A DNA stretch of 63,518 nt, the filler included, from Octopus bimaculoides (lineage: Eukaryota): NCBI RefSeq assembly GCF_001194135.2. It is 6 parts of 6 records of this genome, joined end to end, with 100 filler letters (N's around TTAATTAATTAA, not from the genome) between each part and the next. Parts side by side here need not be neighbours in the genome. Positions count along the whole stretch, not along the records: positions 14,752 to 44,884 come from NC_069007.1; 5 more parts are not named here. One strand, given 5' to 3'. The notes under the pieces are model-generated. The model saw only the letters and a program-made list of their open reading frames with translations. It was not told where the DNA came from and did not search any database. The translations under genes and the position numbers were made by a program. Positions 14,787-26,305 of the stretch are shown one piece after another. Position 1 is the first letter of the stretch. Each line of letters opens with the position of its first letter.

Positions 14787-14818
<32 letters not shown>

Positions 14819-14972
14819 ATACATATATACACGTACACATACATATATGTATATATCTATTTCTATATATCTATATTCATATATACATATATACACGTAC
14901 ACATACATATATGTATATATCTATTTCTATATATCTATATTTATCTATCTCTCTATATATCTATCATTTGCC

Positions 14973-15016
<44 letters not shown>

Positions 15017-15170
15017 ATATACATACATACATATATATATGTGTGTGTGTGTGTGTGTATGCACACACACACACAAAGGAGAGAGTGAGAAAGCAGCATG
15101 CAACATGAATGCTGAATTATGATGATGATGATGATGATGAAATTATATATGTATGTATAAATATATATAA

Positions 15171-15206
<36 letters not shown>

Positions 15207-15389
15207 GTATATATATACATGTACAAACATACATATATACCTAGATATTATTGATGTTTATGCTATAAAGAAAACAATTTTACATTAGATTCAAAGATTA
15301 TTTCAATGCAATATGGTTGTTAGCAAATTCATAATTATTTCCCAAGAAGAGAATTGATTGTGGCTTTGAAGTCTGTTGATGACTTAGGT

Positions 15390-15692
15390 CAGAGGTTTTC
15401 AAACTGTGGTCCGTGGACCACAGGGGGTCTGCAAGGACAAGACAGGGGGGGGGGGTCCGTGGACAGCAAATACTTTTTATGAGCAATTTGATTTTATATA
15501 TGTTTTTTAATCAAAATCTTTTAATTGACAATAAACCTATTTGTTAAATACTGTTGAATAAATAAATGTAAAAATATATGTTATTTTAAGCAAATATTTA
15601 TGTATAAATTTCATAAGCGTTTATAAGGAGGTCCCTAAGGTAAAGCCTGAAATATAAAGGGGTCTGCAAGTCAAAAAGTTTGAAAACCCCTG
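15390..15692 (+). mobile_element. non-autonomous hAT-type MITE
   Basis: TIRs cagaggttttcaaact / agtttgaaaacccctg; 8-bp TSD acttaggt at 15382-15389 and 15693-15700; second copy at 58283-58572. Confidence 0.9.
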
Positions 15693-15719
15693 ACTTAGGT
15701 AACTGAAACTTGGAAGTGT

Positions 15720-16300
15720 TACAGGAGAGCAGTGACTGAAGGGGAAAGAAAGGTTGAAATATTTGGAGATGTGTTCTGTGGGGCAGTTACAGATGGAGAC
15801 AATGGAGCGACCAGGGTTGTCGGGTTGGTGTATGTTGAGAAGGAAATGGATGGATGTTCAGACGATGAGGTTGGTGGTGGTAGGAGGGGGGAAGACGAGG
15901 AGATGAGGTCGTGGATGGTGGAGGACACACGCAGCTGGTAGGAGGACGTGGGGTCTGAGAGAACAAGGCAATAGAATGTGGGGTTTCCGAAGCTGATGGA
16001 GTGCTTCCTGCTTGTACAGGTCAGCACACCACACCACCACTGCTCCACTTTTGTCTGCTGGCTTGATGACGATGTTGTTATGGTGATGGAGGTTGCAAAA
16101 GGCAACCGATTCAGCCTGGGTGATGTTGGTCTGGAGGGATCTTTTACTGAAATGGAATCAGTTGTCCAGCGTGTTGCAGTTGTGCATGAACAAGTTCAGG
16201 CTGCTGAACTGACCTGGAGTCAGTGTCCAGTTCTGAGAGGCAATCCTGATTGCATGATGCTGTGTGGAGGTGTGATAAAATGGGCACAGATTGTTCTCCC
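15720..16300 (-). mobile_element. Penelope-like reverse transcriptase N-terminal fragment, frameshifted
   Basis: Minus frames give NITQAESVAF..HNNIVIKPADKSGAVVVW.ADLYKQEALHQL and FY..LSDPTSSYQ..VSSTIHDLISS, the DKG-like motif and upstream RT region typical of PLEs. Confidence 0.8.
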
Positions 16301-16445
16301 CGAGGTTACAGTAGAACTCGGACCCAAGTGGTTGGGAAGCAAGCATCTTACCATATGGCTACGTCTGCACATACACACACACACATATACATACATAGTT
16401 ATATATTTATTTGTGCCTGTGTGTAGGTTTGCATGTGCATGTACA

Positions 16446-16537
<92 letters not shown>

Positions 16538-16553
16538 CATACATACGTACATA

Positions 16554-17265
16554 CGAGGTCTGATTAATGAGCATCCGGACTGTTGCCATAGTAACGAAGC
16601 TAAATCACGTAGAGTGAAGCTGCTTGGCACAGATCGACTTTAATCTCTGATGTGCATGTGCAGCAAATTTTAACATTCTAGCTCACTTTCAATGTTTACA
16701 GCAGTGCTTGGGAGGAAGGTGTGTAGCGTGTGATCGTCGTATTGACCATGACAGAGAAAGTTGTCATGGCGACACCTGCTCAGAAGCCTGTGCAAAGTCA
16801 CAGAAAGTGTATGGAGAGGATGTGCAGATTAGTTATGGTTCAGTTCAGTCCATTATCAATGAAGATTTGGGTATGAGACATGTGTCTGCCAAGTTTGTGT
16901 CAAAACTGCTTTCAGCTGAACAAAAAGACACTCAGGTTTCAGTTGCACAAGATCTCCTTGATTGTGTCGAGAATAACGAAAACTTTCTGAAAACTTTGCA
17001 TAGGCCTCTGAGCAGGTATCACCAAGCTTTTGGCAAAATTTGATGCAGATTCTCTGCTCAACTTACTCTGTCATGGTCAATGCAATTATCACGCGTTACA
17101 CACGTTCCATCCAAGCACTGCTGTAAACAGCAGAATTGAGCTAGAATGTTAAAAATTAGTGCGCATGCACAGCAAAGTACAAGGTCAATATGTGCCAAGC
17201 GACTTTACTCTGCATGCATTAGTGTCGTTACTGTGACATCAGTCCGGATACTTATTGATCAGACC

Positions 17266-17268
<3 letters not shown>
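16554..17268. mobile_element. non-autonomous mariner derivative with ~240-275-bp inverted arms around a transposase fragment
   Basis: TA flanks; TIR cgaggtctgattaatgagcatccggactg / cagtccggatacttattgatcagaccatg. Arm 16554-16797 is inverted at 16994-17268. The core encodes SYGSVQSIINEDLGMRHVSAKFVSKLL (mariner HTH/WVPR-like region). Confidence 0.85.
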
Positions 17269-17342
<74 letters not shown>

Positions 17343-17430
17343 TACATGTACACATAAATGCATACACACACACATATATATGTGTGTGTATATATATGCA
17401 TTTATGTATACATTTATGTGCACATGAGTT

Positions 17431-17478
<48 letters not shown>

Positions 17479-17801
17479 CACACACGCATATATATTTTAT
17501 TATATGTATGTGCATGTGTTTGTGTGTGAAGATATACATGTATGTACACGTGTGTTTGTGTGTATATATATATATATATATATTACATACATATACATGC
17601 ATTCATACATACATACACAAATATGCACAAATATAATTTATGTATGTATATGCACACTTGCCAATCTATTTCATTTCCTTTCTGTATAGGTATTTAATTG
17701 CTTCTGCTAAACAATTAACTGTCTTCTTGGAGCAAATGACTGTTATTCAGAATAGCTATTAGATCAAAGTTAATGCGTTACACACAACGATGACCACTTA
17801 C

Positions 17802-18787
17802 TTCTTGCTTCTCAATAAGGAAGCTTTATTCGGTAATTTTCATTGAAGAATTTCAATTGTGTCTTTTGAAGGATTCCCCACTGAAAATATTTGCCAAACA
17901 TTCATCATAGAAATAGTGAAATGCAGTTTTTCAAATATACATACATCATCATTAACATCACTTGTTTAACAACGATATACACATTGCACTTGCGTATATT
18001 GCAAGGGGGATATAAATATACACATTAGAGATTGCAAATAGAGCAATGCAAATGAGCACATTATAATTATTTGAATTGCACATTTCAAATATACGCCTTG
18101 TGAATATATATGATGTATATATGCAAATATCACAAATGTAGCAGTGCAGGTATCACAATGTGCAATGAAAGCATACGTGTCCGTAACTTGGTGAAACAAT
18201 ATTGATTTACGATAAAGCATTTTCAATATTGTTCTTGTAAAATGGCCGACATATCTATTCCTTTTATGTTCTTGAAACTTCCTTTACAGAACTTAAAAGA
18301 AAGGACCAATGCTTGTTTAAACCGTTTGCCATTTGATTAGGTTGTTGAAATATCAATATGTATGTTGAAATTTTGTTTTGTTAATTTTTTAATATTTATA
18401 ATATGTATTGTTTCTAAGATTGCAGAGACTCACCAGGCTCAATCTGGTTTTGCTGTGTGTGGGGGGTGGATCAGAATTGGTTTCTAGTTTTGATGTTGAA
18501 TATGGGGCGATTGCTTTTGTGTTGTTATTTATGGCTGAATATGAAAATATTTCGTTTTAACCATTTGCCTGTCTTGTAAATCACATATGATACACAGGAC
18601 ATATTAATCTCAAGATCTATGAATTTTCTTGGCCAAAGGTAACCCTTTCCAAAGGGTTTGGAATTCTTACCTTTAGTATACCCTGGCATTTATTTATCAC
18701 ATATGATATGCATTCCTAATTTATTCAGCCACCAGAATGGTTGAGAATTAAATATGAGAAAAAGAATCCTTCTTCTTTGTTTCCATT
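17802..18787 (-). other. candidate spliced transcript, three exons (18787-18671, 18534-18434, 17880-17802) with a 62-aa ORF
   Basis: Donors AAG|GTAAGA, CTG|GTGAGT, GAA|GTAAGT; acceptors cacag, ttcag, tttcag. Phases join into MPGYTKAINNNTKAIAPYSTSKLETNSDPPPTHSKTRLSLWGILQKTQLKFFNENYRIKLPY*. No homolog recognised. Confidence 0.3.
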
Positions 18788-18807
18788 CTGTGATAGACAG
18801 AGTCTAC

Positions 18808-19062
18808 ATCATCATCATCATCGTTTAATATCCACTTTCCATGCTGGCATGGGTTGGACAGTTTGACTGAGTACTGACAAGCCAGGAAGCTGCACCAAGC
18901 TCGAATCTGATCTGGCGAGGTTTCTACAGCTGGAATCCCTTCCTAACGCCAACAACTCCAAGGGTGCTTTTTACATGCCACTGGCATGGGAGTCAGTCAA
19001 GGGGCTCTGGCATCAACCATATTCAGATAGTGCTTTTTACGTGCCATTGGCATGGGAGCCAG
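18808..19062 (-). mobile_element. RTE-LINE 3' end / SINE family C with (GAT)n tail
   Basis: catcatcatcgtttaa..tccactttccatgctggcatgggttgga...ttctacagctggat..ccttcctaacgccaac; reverse of 50636-50825. Confidence 0.8.
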
Positions 19063-19341
19063 TCAGGAGAGATGAACAAAATGGTAGATTTTTTTAATAA
19101 TTTTTATGTTTCTCCTTTAAGGTCTTTATTCTCTGCCAAGTGTTGACAAGCAGCCATATCAATTTGAACAGTGTGTGTCTTAACCCTTTGCCTGTCCTCT
19201 GTATCACATTTTTCATTGAAAGGGCCAAAATCACAAAATAAAAAGGATTTATCTAAATCCTGCCTATCTCCTTTTTCTTAATATATAAAAGCTGTACACC
19301 ACTTCAGTCTATATATACATTCAAATATATATGCATGCATC

Positions 19342-19625
19342 TAGGTTCAATCCCACTGTGTGGCACCTTGGGTGTATGTCTTCTACTATAGCCTTGGGCT
19401 GACTAAGGCCTCGTGAGTCGATTTAATAAATGGAAACTGAAAGAAGCCTGTTGTTTGTGTGTGTGTGTATGTGCATGTGTGTGTGTGCGCTTGTTTATAC
19501 CCCACCATTGTTTCACAACTGGTGTTTGTGAGTTTACATGCCCATAATTTAGTGGTTTGGCAAAAGAAACCAATATAATAAAGCACCAAGATTAAAAAAT
19601 AAGTACTGGTGTTAATTTATTCAAC
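19342..19625 (+). mobile_element. SINE family A, diverged
   Basis: ggttcaatcccactgtgtggcaccttggg...cttctactatagccttggg...ggaaactgaaagaagcc, then the (TG)n spacer and 3' half. Confidence 0.75.
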
Positions 19626-20171
19626 TGCAAATTCCTCAAGTTTCTGTATCAACACATGATTTCACATCAAGAATCTTACAAAACATATACAGAAGTGAAA
19701 TAGCTATTTTTGCTTAATTAATTAAAACACTTTATCGATGTATCTCATTAGAAAAACGAATGCGAGTGCAAAATCATGACAGAAGATTAAGGGAATGAGC
19801 AGGAGGAAAAAGGTCATGAACTACTTTTGATCTATCATCTAAATCATATTTAATGACCTCATTCATATTAATTAATACATGTCTGATGAGGAGATTAGCA
19901 TTTGGAGAAGATTAGTATCGTTAAAATCCACGTTAATGTAAAATTGATAAGGATGAAAAAATGATATTTATCTTTTATCTTTTCATCTTTTAATTTTTGC
20001 AACCATTGGACTGTGGCCATGCTGGGGCAACACCTTGAAGAAATTTTTGCCAGCTTTATCAACCCCAGTACTTGTTTTTGTTTTTTTTTAATATTCTTTA
20101 AGACCGGGTACTTATTCTATCGATCTCTTTCACTGAACCACTAAAATTCCAGGCCAAAAATATTCTGTTTT

Positions 20172-21165
20172 ATGTTCAAACTCAGCTATGAGGGCCAGGT
20201 CATCAGCATAGAGAAGCTCCCAGGGGCATCCTGTCTTGAATTCCTCTGTTATTGCCTGGAGGACTGTAATGAATAAAAGGGGACTGAAGACTGATCCTTG
20301 GTGGACCCCTACCCCTGCCAGGAATTCTTCAGTATACTCATTGCCAATCCTCACCTTATGGACAGCATCCATGTACATGGCTTGTACAGCTCTCACCAAC
20401 CACTTGTCTAAGCCTAGTTTCCACACTGACCACCACATATAGGATCAGGGGGACACTGTCAAAGGCTTTCTCCATGTCAACGAAAGCCAAGTACAAAAGT
20501 TTATCTTTAGTCATGTATTTCTCCTGCATCTGCCTTACCACGAATATAGTAGCATCAGTGGTGCTTTTTCCCAGGCACGAACCCAAACTGCATCTCATCT
20601 AGACTAATTCTCTTCCTAATTAGTCAGGCTATGTATGACTCTCCCCATAACATTATCACCTGATCCCACGATTTGATACCTCTGCAATTATTTCTCTCTA
20701 AGGCACAACCTTTACCTTTGTAGCAATTGACTATGGTGCTGCTACACCAGTCATTGGGTATGACTCCTTCATGAACTACCTGATTTACAATACAGGTGAG
20801 TAGACCATAGCCCACACTGCCACATATTTTAAGCATCTCAGCAGTGATTTCTGATGGACTGCGGGTGGGAGCTTTGCTTGTCCTCATATTCTTAATTGCT
20901 TTATCTACCAGGGAACTGTTGATTTGGGTAGCTGGTCTCTCAGTTGGGTCAACCTTTGGCAGACTCTCCTCCTCCCATTCATTCTCAACATTCGTCAGTC
21001 TTTCATAATGGCATCTCCAAGACTCTTTCTTTGCGGAATCTTTAAATGCCAAAGCACCACATACATGTGGACACATTTCTCACCTATGACATCACGATTT
21101 CCTCTAACAATTTCCTGTCTTGCAATCCGAAATACTTCAGTTCTTTGGTCTTCACGTCACTGAAC
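20172..21165 (-). mobile_element. RTE-clade LINE reverse transcriptase fragment, frameshifted
   Basis: KGKGCALERNNCRGIK, STTDATIFVVRQMQEKY, LYLAFVDMEKAFDSVP, GVHQGSVFSPLLF and LLYADDLAL spread over three minus-strand frames. Confidence 0.92.
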
Positions 21166-22132
21166 ATGGGCAAACTTCTTTTTTCCATACGTACATATAC
21201 AAATAGTAATAATAATAATAATAAGGATTATTATGAAGAAGCATAACATTACCTTTAATTACATTTTTTGGATATATATTTATAGATAAATAGATAGATA
21301 GATACATACATACATGCATGCATACGTACATACACACATACATACATACACATATATATAGTTACTTATAAAAGTTAAGTTAATTAACACCGCAATGCTG
21401 GCAGATATTTTGAAGTTCTCTGATAAAAGTGTTCAGGAAAGTGCGGAAGAGCATTTCCTCCATTATAATGAGGCATCCCAGGAAATAATAAGATATATCA
21501 GGTGATAATATGATATCACTGACTATAATGACATATCTAAGACAATAACGAGATATCGTAGACAATGATGAGATATCTTACCACAATAAAGAGTTTTTTT
21601 CTTGTAAGTGAAACAAGTAAAACAAGAAAAGGAATTGGGTATGCATGTGTGTGAGTGTGTGTGTGTGTGTGTTTGTGTGTGTGGAGATAGAGAGGGAGAG
21701 AAATAAAGATAAAACTAATATCATATATGTGTGTGTGTGTGTATATATATGTATATATATACATATATATACATATATATACACATATANNNNNNNNNNN
21801 NNNNNNNNNNNNNNNNNNNNNNNNNNNNNNNNNNNNNNNNNNNNNNNNNNNNNNNNNNNNNNNNNNNNNNNNNNNNNNNNNNNNNNNNNTTAAATATGTG
21901 CGTTTGTGTGTGTATGTATGTATGTGTATATGTGTGTGTATATGTGTGTATATACATGTACATATGTACACACACAAATGCATACATGACTATATATACA
22001 TTTTTATATATACAATTATATACATATATATTTATGCATGACATTTATATGTATGTGTGTGTGTTTGAATACACACACGCGCACACAACACACAGACACA
22101 CACACACAGACACACACACACACACAAATGTA

Positions 22133-22228
22133 CGAGGGGGTGCTGCTCGAAATGTTGAATAAATTGATAATTAACTGATACACCTGTATTTTTTTACCCA
22201 AAGCCATTAACTTTTCAGCCCCCCCACA
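22133..22228 (-). mobile_element. ~97-bp mariner-type mini-MITE
   Basis: TA-cgagggggtgctg ... aacttttcagccccc; the reverse complement aligns end to end with 23065-23162. Confidence 0.7.
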
Positions 22229-22616
22229 CACACATTGTATAATACATTGTTACACACACAGACATATATATATATATATACATGTATGTATATGTGCATA
22301 AATATATATATATACATGTATATATACATGTGTGTATATATATATATATATATCTATATGTACATGTGTATGTGTGTGTGTGTGTGTGTGTATATATATG
22401 TACATGTATATAAAAGTGTGCATATATATTTATATATACACATGTATATATATTTATATATATATATATATATACATACATGTATGTATGTAAGTATGTA
22501 TGCATGTATCCATACATCAATATTATATGCATATATGTGCAAATGATATATTCATAAAAATGTATATAAATATATATATATCCATACATACACATAAAAA
22601 TGTGAGATTATGTATG

Positions 22617-22669
<53 letters not shown>

Positions 22670-23064
22670 GGTATGTGTGAGAGTATATATATATATATAT
22701 ATATATATATCTATATATTATGTACATAATCAGACATTCTTACATCTATGTATACACACACACATGTATATATACACATATATCTCAATGCATACATATA
22801 TACATCTATATTTTTATGAATATGTGATTTATACATATACACATGTATCGACGTGTGGATATATACATACATACATACATACCTACCTGCCTATGCACAT
22901 ACATACATAGATACACTCAGAGAGAGAAAAAATGTGTAAGGATTAGTTGTTTAACACACACACACACACACACATATGTATGTGTATGTATATATGTATA
23001 TATATATATATGTATATATGTATATATATATATATATATATATAGATGGGTATCAAAGTATAGA

Positions 23065-23162
23065 CAAAGGGGTGCTGAAAAGTTCCTGGCTTTGTGTAAA
23101 AGAAAATACAAAAGGATCTGTTAATTATGAATTTATTCAACATTTCCAGTAGCACCTCCTCA
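23065..23162 (+). mobile_element. ~97-bp mariner-type mini-MITE
   Basis: caaaggggtgctgaaaagttcctggcttt ... tagcacctcctca-TA; same internal sequence as 22133-22228 in opposite orientation. Confidence 0.7.
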
Positions 23163-23226
23163 TACATACACACATACATACATACATAAATACACACACA
23201 CACACACATAGATGTATACATACATG

Positions 23227-23257
<31 letters not shown>

Positions 23258-23390
23258 TTCTTTTTCTTTCCTTTCTTGAGCATCCAATAACATTGTACTT
23301 ATTCCACGTCCTCTCGTCTTTACGTGTCTTTTCTTGCTTGTTCATGTTTGAATCGACTATGTATATTTATATATATATATATAAATATAT

Positions 23391-23587
23391 ATATGAAAAT
23401 TTAGTAAATGGAGTAATACGCATATGTTAAATGAATTCTTTTATTTCCAACATATGTTTCAAAGATTACAAATGGTTCCTTCCAAAGGAAAAGGGGAAGG
23501 AACCATTTGTAATCTTCAAAACATATGTTGGAAATAAAAGAATTCATTTAACATATGCGTATTACTCCATTTACTAAATTTTTATAT
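23391..23587. repeat. palindrome A: 93-bp arms, 11-nt spacer
   Basis: Arm 23391-23483 versus the reverse complement of 23495-23587 differs at only three positions; spacer aaaggaaaagg. Confidence 0.92.
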
Positions 23588-23781
23588 TTACTCAATTGCC
23601 CAAAATAACAGGGAGTTTCTACCTCATAAACAGGAGTTACACCACAGTCATTTTGTGATCTTTGCTACCCTGGTATCTATTAACCAATCTATTTTGTCGG
23701 AGTTAATTATTAACTAAGAGAAAATAAATACATATAATATAATATAAAATCAAAATAAGCAACGCGGATTTTAAAGATGAT

Positions 23782-23869
23782 TGCAGTACGCACGTTTCAT
23801 GCTACTCCATTTATTTCAGTAATGCGAGCATTACATTAAATGCAATATGTAGAGCAATCTTCAGCTGCA
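23782..23869 (-). ncRNA. putative minimal type I hammerhead ribozyme with extended stem II
   Basis: Minus strand: UGCAG-CUGAAGA-(UUGCU...AGCAU)-GAAAC-GUGC-GUA-CUGCA. It has a 5-bp stem I, an intact core and a GUA cleavage triplet. Stem III ACGUGCGU is self-complementary as a dimer via two G-U pairs. The 10.1-11.1 pair is U-U (non-canonical). Confidence 0.7.
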
Positions 23870-23905
23870 CAAAAATGTAGAAAATTACAGTAGAATAAAC
23901 ATATT

Positions 23906-24266
23906 ATACAATTAAACCTTGGGAGAGGCATTATGCCGGTAATAAACACACGCACTGGTTCAGTCCTTTATTAATTTATGAACAGTATATAGTTTTTTTT
24001 TTGTTAAATCATTTCATTGAACTCCTGCAATCTCTTCAGTAACTTGTTTCTCCACTTCCATTTATTTTGAATGTATGATTTGGCGTTGTTTTAAAACAAC
24101 GCCAAATCATACATTCAAAATAAATGGAAGTGGAGAGACAAGTTACTGAAGAGATTGCAAGAGTGCAATGAAATAATTTAATAAAAAACTATATAAATTA
24201 ATAAAGGACTGAACCAGTGCGTGTGTTTATTACCGGCATAATGCCTCTCCCAAGGTTTAATTGTAT
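23906..24266. repeat. palindrome B: ~361 bp, zero spacer, centre 24092/24093
   Basis: Perfect core ...tttggcgttgtttt|aaaacaacgccaaa...; the outer arms differ by a few substitutions and one indel. Each arm carries a CTGAAGA-stem-GAAA hammerhead-like motif. Confidence 0.9.
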
Positions 24267-25189
24267 TTCTTTCAACACACGTATCCACATCAAGAATCTT
24301 GCACACGAAATACACATACGAAATAAGACATATTATAATTGTGGCAACATTTAAAATCCAAGTGGGAAGAAGAATACATAAAAATCCATCTTGACATAGC
24401 CAGGGCTATCAGTCAACTCTACCTTTCACCAAAGCTAATAAAATAAGTACCAGTTGATCACTAAGGTCGATGTAATTCATTTATCCCCTCCCACCGAAAC
24501 TGCTGGCTTTGTGCTAATATTGGAAACCATTTTTGATCTTGTATGCGGAATGTACAGTTAACATGAAGGTCAACTAGAAAGCTTTAATTTGCTTGACTTT
24601 AAAACAAGAACATTGCGTCATAAAAACAGAAGTGATATCAAGAAAGTTGGTAATGAAAGGAGTTAATCACTTTTTTGGTCAGTGATTACATTAGCAAACA
24701 TGCCCTTCAAAGTGAAAGAAATTAAGGTGGAATATGAAAGGAAATTCAGCTGCTATTCCAAATAGATCATGTGTAATTGCAGAGGCGCCACTTGATGCAA
24801 TAAATGATGAACTAAAAGGAAATTTTCTCATAAATTCAGTTACATTAAACAATGATAAAAGTAGGTGTTTGCAGAAACTAAATTAAAAACAGTATTCTTG
24901 GAATAATGGTAAACAGAGCCATAGGCATTTTATAAACGAGAAGACACGATTCATGTCTTCAAAACTAATGAAACATATGAATGTGTGTGTATGTGTGTGT
25001 GTGTGTGGGGGGCATGTGTATGCATGAATATACATATATGTAATATGTATATATAAATGTATGTACATAAATATATACATACATATATATATGTAAATAT
25101 ATATATATATATGTACATATATATATATGTACATATATATATATGTACATATATATATATGTATATATATATATAAATGCACATACATA

Positions 25190-25382
25190 TCATCATCATC
25201 GTTTAACGTCTGCTTTCCATGCTAGCATGGGTTGGATGATTTGACTGAGGACTGGCAAGCCAGAAGGCTGCACCAGGNNNNNNNNNNCTGAGGACTGGCA
25301 AGCCAGAAGGCTGCACCAGGCTCCAATCTGATTTGGCAGAGTTTCTACAGCTGGATGTGCTTCCTAACGCCAACCACTCCGA
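25190..25382 (-). mobile_element. RTE 3' end / family C
   Basis: Same sequence as 50636-50825 in reverse; a 33-bp segment is duplicated across a 10-N gap. Confidence 0.8.
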
Positions 25383-25449
25383 GAATAAATATATATAGGA
25401 TATACTTTTCGTAATGAGATAAAAAAAACCAAGGCTGTGTATAATATTG

Positions 25450-25489
<40 letters not shown>

Positions 25490-25529
25490 CATATATNNNN
25501 NNNNNNNNNNNNNNNNNNNNNNNNNNNNN

Positions 25530-25568
<39 letters not shown>

Positions 25569-25669
25569 GTACATATATATAAATATATGTACATACATAA
25601 AATACACATAGCTATATGTGTATAAGTATGTATGCATTTACATATGTATATATGCATATCATCATCAAC

Positions 25670-26080
25670 ATTGTCGTTGTTGTTTAACGCCTGTTTTCCA
25701 TGCTGGCATGGGTTGGATGGTTTGACATGAAGCTCTCCAGACACCAATTGTCTGTTTGGGCATGGTTTCTATGGCTAGATATCCTTCCTAATGCCAACCA
25801 TTTAACAAAGTGTGGTGGGTGCATTTTATGTACCACCTGCTTGGGTGCATTTACACAGCACTGGCACAGGTGCCTTTTATGTGGCACCAACACCTGAAAG
25901 GACAAGCCTGTATGTGGGGAAGACAGCGATGTTATTAGCTTGATGCATCTTATCGAGTACGGCAAGTCACCACGTCTCCCAGCCCCTTGTCAGTTCCTCA
26001 CCGTAAGAATAAGGTCATCAGTGTAGAAGAGTACCCAGAGACAGCTGGTCTTGAATTCCTCTGTTAAGGACTGGAGGGGG
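25670..26080 (-). mobile_element. RTE LINE remnant: 3' UTR (family C) plus short RT fragment
   Basis: Family C sequence at 25670-25980 adjoins ggtcatcagtgtagaagag...tcttgaattcctctgtt, which matches the YADD/ITEEFKTG region at 20198-20250. Confidence 0.7.
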
Positions 26081-26252
26081 CTGGGAACTGAGCTTTGGTG
26101 AACTCTTATTCATATACTGAATTCATTTAGAGCAAGAGAGGAGAGGTGAGGGGAGGAGGTTAGATGAAGAGGGGAGGAGAGCTGATCCCATGTGGTGCAA
26201 AAGAGAGAAGATTAAACCTCGCTCAAGGTGCAATATATATATATATACATAT

Positions 26253-26305
<53 letters not shown>

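Noticed and set aside
19883-19930. CTGATGA hammerhead core
   Set aside because: No GAAA or stem II in register.
25245-25320. 33-bp direct duplication
   Set aside because: Sits exactly either side of a 10-N gap; unmerged contig overlap.
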